Shown: in pieces, positions 57,891 to 64,000 of the stretch
Layout: the number at the start of each line of letters is the position of its first letter
How positions within the stretch are numbered: the first letter of the stretch is position 1
IMG/VR virus record: IMGVR_UViG_3300027708_000016
From: a virus
Taxonomy: Duplodnaviria; Caudoviricetes
Reading direction: 5' to 3' (one strand)
DNA length: 64,000 nt
Notes under the pieces: model-generated
Database searches by the model: none
Seen by the model: the letters and a program-made list of their open reading frames with translations, nothing else
Told to the model about the DNA's origin: nothing
Translations under genes and position numbers: made by a program

Positions 57891-59597
57891 TTATTTTCTC
57901 TTTGCTGCTTCTGCACTTAACATTGATGATGTTTCCTGCATTTCTTTCATGAATTTTTGTGCAAAATTTGCCTTCTCGGTTGCATCATAATTTCCAGTTT
58001 GTAGATATTTAAATACCGTCATTAACGTATCTTTATCCAATCTGTTTTTCAATTGAATAAAAATATCTTGTGACCATTCAGGATGTAAATTGTTAAACAC
58101 CTTTGCAATATTTTCAAGGATGTATTGCTCATTTGGTGTAAGAGGACTATTAGGATTTTTATGTAATAATTTTGAAACGTATGCAAACTTACCAGCCAAG
58201 AATTCCGCAATCTTAAACATATCAGCTTGATATTTATCTTCAATTTTTCCACCCGTATCAAGATGACCAACTAATGATTTCATGTCATATGCTCGTAAAA
58301 GCTTTATGAAATTAACAAACTCATCTGCCCATGCTGAACCCAATAACCCAGCAGCCTTATCCCAAATATATCTATAAGGAGGAACTGGTAAAGTTTTACC
58401 TTCCTTTTTAGCCTTTGCGTATATTCGATATGCGTGTTTTAATTGATCTGAAAATTTCTCAATCTGTCTTGGTACTGGTAATGGATCGCCAGTTCGCGAA
58501 GATTTAATTTCACGATCTTCCGTAGGTATAAATATATTTGCCTTCCCTTCTCTACCTTCCTTACTTGGAGCAACCACTTCGTGTTTTATAAATGCTATAA
58601 TTCTTGGATCTACACCTTCATGCACAGCAAAATCACACCATGCTTCGGGATCAGCAACTAAAACACCAGACTCAAATCTTGTTACCAAGGCTAATGGTAT
58701 TGGCTCGTTTCCAAAAGCAGATGCCAAATTAGCAGCAGCCAAAATTGCCCACCCTTCACTGAATTTACCTTTTCCACCTGAACGATCTAAAACTACTTTA
58801 AATAAAGCTTTTAATGTTTGTTTATCACCTTGATTTAATTCGTCCAAAAAGAGAATACCATCCGAGCCTGGTCTTGTCATTAACCAAATCCATAAATCTT
58901 GATTGTAACTAACAGGTGCTTCAACGTCTTCGTTTTCACCTACTACTTGTTCAAGAGTTTTAAAGGGAATACCCTTGATATCAGAAGGTTCAAGTTCATT
59001 TGCTCTTACATCAACTAAAGCAAAATAATTTTGAGGATTTCTTAAACAATCCATGATTTCCTCTGGTTCTGCCTTTAAGAAATTAATATATTTTCTTTGC
59101 TTTCCCGTTCTTTGTTTTGTTTTTGGATCAATCGATTCACTTCCACCAACAAAAGAAGTCGATGCAAGATCTTTTGCAATACTTGCAACCATTGTACTTT
59201 TACCGATACCAGAACCACCGTAAATTAAAAGAGGTTGTTTTGTTACATAAGAATTTCTTATATACATGTCTATAGTTTTATAACTATATTGTGGTAATTC
59301 TGTATCTGCATAACTTTTTACCATCTCTTCGCCAGCCGTACCGTCACCTAAATCAAGATTATCTAAATCTGCTTCCAAGTCAGGTTCTTCAACTGGTAAA
59401 ACTAAATTCTCATGATCTTCTGCTGAAGCTGTTGATTTGGTTGGTGGTTTTGATAATTTTGCAACAGATCCTTTGATTTTATCAAACCCACCAACTTCTG
59501 ATGAATTATCCTTGAATTTTGCAGCGGACTCATCGGCTTCATTAAGATAAACAGCACCATAAGCTTCCATCAGTTTAAATAAATCTCTATTGTTCAT
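57891..59597 (-). CDS. MoxR-type AAA+ ATPase
   Basis: YGGSGIGKS, GILFLDELNQ, ILAAAN, ALVTRF, PVPRQ. Confidence 0.88.
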   Translation of the reverse strand: MNNRDLFKLMEAYGAVYLNEADESAAKFKDNSSEVGGFDKIKGSVAKLSKPPTKSTASAEDHENLVLPVEEPDLEADLDNLDLGDGTAGEEMVKSYADTELPQYSYKTIDMYIRNSYVTKQPLLIYGGSGIGKSTMVASIAKDLASTSFVGGSESIDPKTKQRTGKQRKYINFLKAEPEEIMDCLRNPQNYFALVDVRANELEPSDIKGIPFKTLEQVVGENEDVEAPVSYNQDLWIWLMTRPGSDGILFLDELNQGDKQTLKALFKVVLDRSGGKGKFSEGWAILAAANLASAFGNEPIPLALVTRFESGVLVADPEAWCDFAVHEGVDPRIIAFIKHEVVAPSKEGREGKANIFIPTEDREIKSSRTGDPLPVPRQIEKFSDQLKHAYRIYAKAKKEGKTLPVPPYRYIWDKAAGLLGSAWADEFVNFIKLLRAYDMKSLVGHLDTGGKIEDKYQADMFKIAEFLAGKFAYVSKLLHKNPNSPLTPNEQYILENIAKVFNNLHPEWSQDIFIQLKNRLDKDTLMTVFKYLQTGNYDATEKANFAQKFMKEMQETSSMLSAEAAKRK

Positions 59598-59631
59598 GTT
59601 TTAATTATAAATTACTTATCTCTATACAAGG

Positions 59632-60576
59632 TTAATATGTGTATTTTATATCAACTTTATAAATGAAATTTGTGTATCTTCCCTTTAAATATTCGTCTGT
59701 TGAGTTTCCATGTAGTAATACTACAGTTTGACCTTTAATTTTTGGTTTTATTAAAGTTCCCATTCCTTCTTCAATTCGTCCATCAGTAAAAATTAAAAGG
59801 TTGTCAACATTTACTTTTTCCAATTGTTTTATATCTTGATTTACCCACATAGAAACAGGGTTAATTCTCGTACCACCTTCAGCAATTGTAACGTTTTCAA
59901 GCTCTTCTTTAATTTGCTCAAAAGATTTTTCTGGTATTTTTAAATGAGTAAATTTATAAACTTTTTCAGTAAAATAAATTATGTATATATCAAGATGTTT
60001 AAATTTTTTAATTATTGTTAAAATCTGATTTCTTATTGTTCTTAAAACTGGTTCTCTCATACTACCAGAAGTATCGATTGCAATTACACCAGTAAATTTA
60101 TTTTCTTCTTTAGATTTGCCAGGTAAAAAGACACCAACCGCACCACTTTTTTTATGTCTTTTTGTAAAGTCATATCTTGTGTTAGCAGAATTTGTTAAAA
60201 ATCTTTGTAAAATAGTTTCCCAATTCATACCAGCTTGCTGCCAATTAAGATCTTTATCTAAAGCTTGTTCTTCGCCGTGTCCCGATCCACCTTCACCTTT
60301 TGCTTGTTCTGCGGTTTCTTTTCTATTTTTTCTAACTTTATTTTTTTGTTCTTCGGTTTTTGGGTTGGTTCTATATACAGGATTTTTTGTGTATTTTGAA
60401 ACGTCAATTATATCATGTTGATGATTACTATTATCGTAAATATGAGTATCACCTTGAACGTGTGATCTTTCAATTTTGGGTTTAGTTCCTTCAAATTTAG
60501 CAGTACCTTGACCAGTTCCTTCGCTAACTGGTTTTAGTTTTCTTACTTTATCTCTGTTTAAAATAATATCACTCAT
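59632..60576 (-). CDS. vWA domain protein (DUF2201 C-terminal-like)
   Basis: [48 protein letters not shown]. Confidence 0.88.
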   Translation of the reverse strand: MSDIILNRDKVRKLKPVSEGTGQGTAKFEGTKPKIERSHVQGDTHIYDNSNHQHDIIDVSKYTKNPVYRTNPKTEEQKNKVRKNRKETAEQAKGEGGSGHGEEQALDKDLNWQQAGMNWETILQRFLTNSANTRYDFTKRHKKSGAVGVFLPGKSKEENKFTGVIAIDTSGSMREPVLRTIRNQILTIIKKFKHLDIYIIYFTEKVYKFTHLKIPEKSFEQIKEELENVTIAEGGTRINPVSMWVNQDIKQLEKVNVDNLLIFTDGRIEEGMGTLIKPKIKGQTVVLLHGNSTDEYLKGRYTNFIYKVDIKYTY

Positions 60577-61771
60577 ATTTTTTTCTATCGTTTTTTGATA
60601 ATGGTTTAATTTTATAATGACCATCTGGGGTAATTTCAGTTACTTCTCCAAAATTACCTCTGTCATCTTCGATTACATCACCTACACTAATATCATTGCC
60701 TTGGTCTTTTGTACCCGTACCAGTTGATGAACTAGTACCCGTACCAGTTGATGTTCCTCTTCCAGTTTGCGTAGATGTACCAGTACCTGTTTGGGTTCCT
60801 GTACCAGTTCCTGTTTGAGTTCCTGTACCTGTCTGAGTACCAGTTCCTGTTTGAGTTCCTGTACCTGTCTGAGTACCAGTTCCTGTCTGAGTACCAGTAC
60901 CTGACTGAGTACCAGTTCCTGTTTGGGTTCCTGTACCAGTTCCTGTTTGAGTTCCTGTACTTGTTTGAGTTCCTGTACCTGTTTGAGTTCCTGTACCTGT
61001 CTGAGTACCAGTTCCTGTTTGGGTTCCTGTACCAGTTCCTGTTTGAGTTCCTGTACCTGTTTGAGTTCCTGTACCTGTCTGAGTACCAGTTCCTGTTTGA
61101 GTTCCTGTACCTGTCTGAGTACCAGTTCCTGTTTGGGTTCCTGTACCAGTTCCTGTACCCTTACTTTTATTTTTTTCTAAAATGTCATATATTTGTTCTG
61201 CTTTTAAATCAGTAATATCAACATTATTAAGTTCCCATCTCGGAGGTGTCATCCAATCTTTTCCGTTAGCTATCCATCTTCCGTTTTTAAGAACAGGAAG
61301 TAAAGCCATACGATTTAATTTCAACCCAAAAATTTCCAAATATTTGTTAATAACATAATCAGTAGAAACATTCCAGAGAAGATTGTCTCTACCAAGTTGT
61401 CTATCAAAAGATGATAATAAATAATGATGAACCTCGTGAGCTAAAGTTGCGGTAAACTCATCTTCTGTTATTTCATAAGCAGCAAATTTTGGATTTATGT
61501 AAAGATTTTCATAACCATCAACTGCCATTGTATCAACAGACCAATCAAGATTAATAGCTAATTTTTTAAGGTGAATTCCTATTGTTTTAAAAAATCTCGA
61601 CAAAAACATTTTAGAATTTAAAAGTCTTTTATCAATTATTTCAAAAGCTTCTCTTTCGTTAAATTCATCTCCTCCTTTAGAGGTGGGTGTGGGTTCAGGT
61701 GCTGGCGAATTTTCGTTATATATTGAAATATAACGCTCCATAATAGATTGAAGATCTTTACTATATGCCAT
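60569..61771 (-). CDS. Putative metallopeptidase (DUF2201 N-terminal-like) with Thr/Gly/Gln repeat and SH3-like tail
   Basis: [30 protein letters not shown]; TGTQTG repeats; [10 protein letters not shown]... Confidence 0.82.
   Translation of the reverse strand: MAYSKDLQSIMERYISIYNENSPAPEPTPTSKGGDEFNEREAFEIIDKRLLNSKMFLSRFFKTIGIHLKKLAINLDWSVDTMAVDGYENLYINPKFAAYEITEDEFTATLAHEVHHYLLSSFDRQLGRDNLLWNVSTDYVINKYLEIFGLKLNRMALLPVLKNGRWIANGKDWMTPPRWELNNVDITDLKAEQIYDILEKNKSKGTGTGTGTQTGTGTQTGTGTQTGTGTQTGTGTQTGTGTQTGTGTGTQTGTGTQTGTGTQTGTGTQTSTGTQTGTGTGTQTGTGTQSGTGTQTGTGTQTGTGTQTGTGTQTGTGTQTGTGTGTQTGTGTSTQTGRGTSTGTGTSSSTGTGTKDQGNDISVGDVIEDDRGNFGEVTEITPDGHYKIKPLSKNDRKKYE
60711..61160 (-). repeat. Coding tandem repeat, 18-bp unit (TGTQTG), about 450 bp
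   Basis: gtaccagttcctgtttga-type units with synonymous variants and occasional extra TG dipeptides. Confidence 0.95.
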
Positions 61772-61819
61772 ATGAATAAATACTTATACGATTTTAAATT
61801 ATTTCTACAAAAAAAAATG

Positions 61820-61890
61820 AGGGGGTAGAGGGAATCGAACCCTCTCATTAAGTTTGGAAGACTAACAGGCTACCGTTACATCATACCCCC
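61820..61890 (-). tRNA. tRNA-Gly(TCC)
   Basis: GGGGGTA...TACCCCC-T; loop CTTCCAA; one stem mismatch. Confidence 0.88.
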
Positions 61891-61894
61891 AAGT

Positions 61895-61969
61895 TGGCAT
61901 CGATACGGGGATTTGAACCCCGACTACAGCTGTGAAAGAGCCGTATGCTAACCATTACATTATATCGAC
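61895..61969 (-). tRNA. tRNA-Glu(TTC)
   Basis: CGGCT-CTTTCAC-AGCTG; CCA. Confidence 0.93.
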
Positions 61970-61982
61970 TTATTCATATATC

Positions 61983-62099
61983 TTAGTGATGTTTTCTTAT
62001 AAAGTCAACAATAAAAATAATAAGACTTAAAATAATATATCCTGCAAAAAATAAAATAACCATTACTCCTGTCATAGCTGCTTCTAGTGGATCAAGCAC
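61983..62099 (-). CDS. 38-aa single-TM peptide (not in ORF track)
   Basis: GTG start after TAAGTA; strongly hydrophobic. Confidence 0.4.
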   Translation of the reverse strand: MLDPLEAAMTGVMVILFFAGYIILSLIIFIVDFIRKHH

Positions 62100-62114
62100 A
62101 TATATACTTACAAA

Positions 62115-62134
62115 TGGCAGGAGAGGGAATTGAA
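62115..62134 (-). pseudogene. Possible orphan tRNA 3' fragment
   Basis: TTCAATT-CCCTC-TCCTGCC-A; resembles 3' end of tRNA-Met at 62814; only 20 nt. Confidence 0.4.
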
Positions 62135-62161
62135 AAACGAATTTCAATTGTAAGTATTAAT

Positions 62162-62887
62162 ATGAAAATGTTAATATCAATTGAAGAATTAGAAAATGTT
62201 TCTGTTGTTCCCTGTGAATGTCTTAATTGTAAACGAACATTTGAAGTTGGAAAGGGTGAAATAAAAAGAGCACTTAAAGGAACAAGGAAAGCTGAATATT
62301 GTTCTCATAAATGTAAAAATGAATATTATACTAGAAAACAAAATATAAATTGTAAAAATTGTAATAAATCATTTTTAAAATTACCAAATCAAATAAAAAA
62401 AACAATAAATCATTTTTGTAATCATTCGTGTTCAGCAACATATAATAATAAAAATAAAACACATGGAACAAGAAGGTCAAAATTAGAATCTTGGTTAGAA
62501 GAACAATTAACTATTCTATATCCAAAATTAGAAATACATTATAACAGAAAAGATATCATTAATAGTGAGTTAGATATTTATATACCATCTTTAAAACTTG
62601 CTATTGAACTCAATGGTATATTTCACTATGAACCAATTTATGGAAAAGATAAACTAAAACAGATTACAAATAATGATAATAGAAAGTTTCAAGCTTGTTT
62701 AGAAAGGGAAATAGAACTTTGTATTATAGATGTTTCAAAATTAAGTTATTTTAAACCAGCTAATGCTAAAAAATATTTAGATATTATTTTAGAAATTTTA
62801 AATAAAAAAAAAATGACAGGGGTGGAAATCGAATCCACGACGAATGGTTATGAGCCATTCTGGAGCACCAGCCCCGACCCCCTGTGA
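62162..62887 (+). CDS. Zinc-ribbon / PD-(D/E)xK putative homing endonuclease
   Basis: CLNC, YCSHKC, CKNC, FCNHSC; ELDIYIPSLKLAIELNGIFHY; ATG 62162 after TAAGTA. Confidence 0.82.
   Translation: MKMLISIEELENVSVVPCECLNCKRTFEVGKGEIKRALKGTRKAEYCSHKCKNEYYTRKQNINCKNCNKSFLKLPNQIKKTINHFCNHSCSATYNNKNKTHGTRRSKLESWLEEQLTILYPKLEIHYNRKDIINSELDIYIPSLKLAIELNGIFHYEPIYGKDKLKQITNNDNRKFQACLEREIELCIIDVSKLSYFKPANAKKYLDIILEILNKKKMTGVEIESTTNGYEPFWSTSPDPL
62814..62886 (-). tRNA. tRNA-Met(CAT), initiator-like, atypical
   Basis: GAATGG-CTCATAA-CCATTC; C1.C72 mismatch; unusual D-arm. Confidence 0.7.
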
Positions 62888-62892
62888 TAAAA

Positions 62893-62967
62893 TGGCACGT
62901 TGGGTGGGTAACGCTCCCACATAAGGCAGTTTTGGAGACTGCTGCATTTCTTGTCTGCCACCAACGT
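62893..62967 (-). tRNA. tRNA-Trp(CCA), non-canonical T-loop
   Basis: GCAGT-CTCCAAA-ACTGC; T-loop AGCGTTA; CCA. Confidence 0.87.
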
Positions 62968-62983
62968 ATGTTTAATATTTATC

Positions 62984-63054
62984 AGCCTAATAAAAGAATC
63001 GAACTTTTGTTTGATGATTACAAATCAACCGTTTTACCATTAAACTAATCAGGC
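62984..63054 (-). tRNA. tRNA-Thr(TGT)
   Basis: GCCTGAT...ATTAGGC; loop TTTGTAA. Confidence 0.85.
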
Positions 63055-63090
63055 GTTGTATTAATAACTTATCACAGATACCTCATGATG

Positions 63091-63270
63091 TCAATTAGTT
63101 TCTACGTCTTTTTTTGCAATTCTTAATGTTGGAGCATTGTCAAAGGGAGCCATAACCCAATAATCTTCACCTTCTTCTGAAATAATATCAATATATTGAC
63201 CTTCGCTTAGTATAAAGTGTTCTTTTGTTTTTACAACACCTTGGCGGTAATTAGATCTTTTATTTCTCAT
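63091..63270 (-). CDS. 59-aa SH3-like hypothetical protein (not in ORF track)
   Basis: LSEGQYIDIISEEGEDYWVM beta pattern. Confidence 0.5.
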   Translation of the reverse strand: MRNKRSNYRQGVVKTKEHFILSEGQYIDIISEEGEDYWVMAPFDNAPTLRIAKKDVETN

Positions 63271-63417
63271 TTATGACTTTTTCTTTTTATTCTTAACGCA
63301 ATTATTTACTCTCTTACCAGTTCTACCACTGGTTTTCATACCTTTTTTATGGTATCCATCCCAACACTTTATTTTCTTTTCTTCCAATATGGAAGCAACT
63401 AAAAGATCGTATTTCAT
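63271..63417 (-). CDS. 48-aa basic CWxGY...NC protein (not in ORF track)
   Basis: MKYDLLVASILEEKKIKCWDGYHKKGMKTSGRTGKRVNNCVKNKKKKS. Confidence 0.65.
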   Translation of the reverse strand: MKYDLLVASILEEKKIKCWDGYHKKGMKTSGRTGKRVNNCVKNKKKKS

Positions 63418-63418
63418 A

Positions 63419-63835
63419 TTATTGTGCGGTTAGTGTTGATATTGGAGCACTTGAACCAACTTTTCTTTCAATATAGATCAAACGCTGATCTAAGTTATCC
63501 ATTCTTTTATCTAAACCAGCTTCAGTCTGGTTGATATGTTTTAAATCTTCTGAGAAGATACTTTGATTATTAATAATTGTTTCTAATTTTGCCTGTGTTA
63601 CCTCAAATCTTTTTTGTGATTCTTGTGCTGAATGTTTATCATTTTCTATTTGTCTTTCAACGTATATTGCAAACCTATCTTGGGTTACAAAATGTTGACT
63701 CAACCATAATGTAATATAACTAAACACTACGAATGCAAATATCATTATTGCTGGTTTGATTAAAATTCCATACCATTTATCAGTTTTAAAATCAGGAAGA
63801 TGGTTAATTGGATCAAGAGGATTTAAACTACTCAT
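63419..63835 (-). CDS. Single-TM coiled-coil protein (possibly lysis-related)
   Basis: One TM helix then heptad repeats. Confidence 0.5.
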   Translation of the reverse strand: MSSLNPLDPINHLPDFKTDKWYGILIKPAIMIFAFVVFSYITLWLSQHFVTQDRFAIYVERQIENDKHSAQESQKRFEVTQAKLETIINNQSIFSEDLKHINQTEAGLDKRMDNLDQRLIYIERKVGSSAPISTLTAQ

Positions 63836-63898
63836 ATTATTACATGTATATGATTATACTTACAGTATGTTGTTACACTTTTAGTCTAAATATTATAG

Positions 63899-64000
63899 AT
63901 GACACAACCCAAAACATTAGTAATTTCGGACGTTCACCTTGGATCACCAGTTTGCCGAACCGATGCACTTTTGAAACTTTTATCAGAAGAAAAATATGAC
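63899..64000 (+). CDS. LpxH-like metallophosphoesterase, N-terminus only
   Basis: MTQPKTLVISDVHLGSPVCRTDALLKLL; runs off window. Confidence 0.7.
   Translation, partial: MTQPKTLVISDVHLGSPVCRTDALLKLLSEEKYD

Noticed and set aside
60775-61215. Plus-strand ORFs 60775..61215 and 60923..61180 (YQFLFEFL / CTCLSS repeats)
   Set aside because: Shadow frames of the TGTQTG coding repeat; stop-free only because of the repeat.

Overview
AT-rich 64 kb segment of a large T4-like (myovirus-type, Caudoviricetes) phage genome; no host chromosomal genes were recognised. 1-19 kb: minus-strand tail/baseplate module (gp5 functions split over two genes, hub, gp3, terminase gp17, gp53/48-like, tape measure, gp51/26/54-like, tube gp19, sheath gp18). 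19-34 kb: phoH, neck protein, Cas4-like exonuclease, AAA ATPase, nrdB/nrdA, HNH, dCMP deaminase, DNA methyltransferase. 34-48 kb: auxiliary genes (cysC, fcl, gmd, DUF2061, a PEP-CTERM protein) and small early genes separated by a repeated 29-bp sigma70 promoter. 49-63 kb: 14 tRNAs, a tmRNA with a 34-codon tag, a ubiquitin-like MoaD/ThiS protein, two endonucleases each flanked by an orphan tRNA 3' end, and a late-expressed cassette of two LRR-like proteins, a MoxR AAA+ ATPase, a vWA protein and an HExxH peptidase with a 150-aa Thr/Gly/Gln repeat. About a dozen late genes share an N-terminal motif resembling T4 head-targeting/prohead-protease leaders, which suggests (inference) that part of this cassette is packaged in the virion. 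PEP-CTERM and TIGR02597-like proteins point to a PVC (probably Verrucomicrobiota) host (inference). All family assignments come from motif recognition by eye, not database searches. Start codons were adjusted where the ORF track over-extended.
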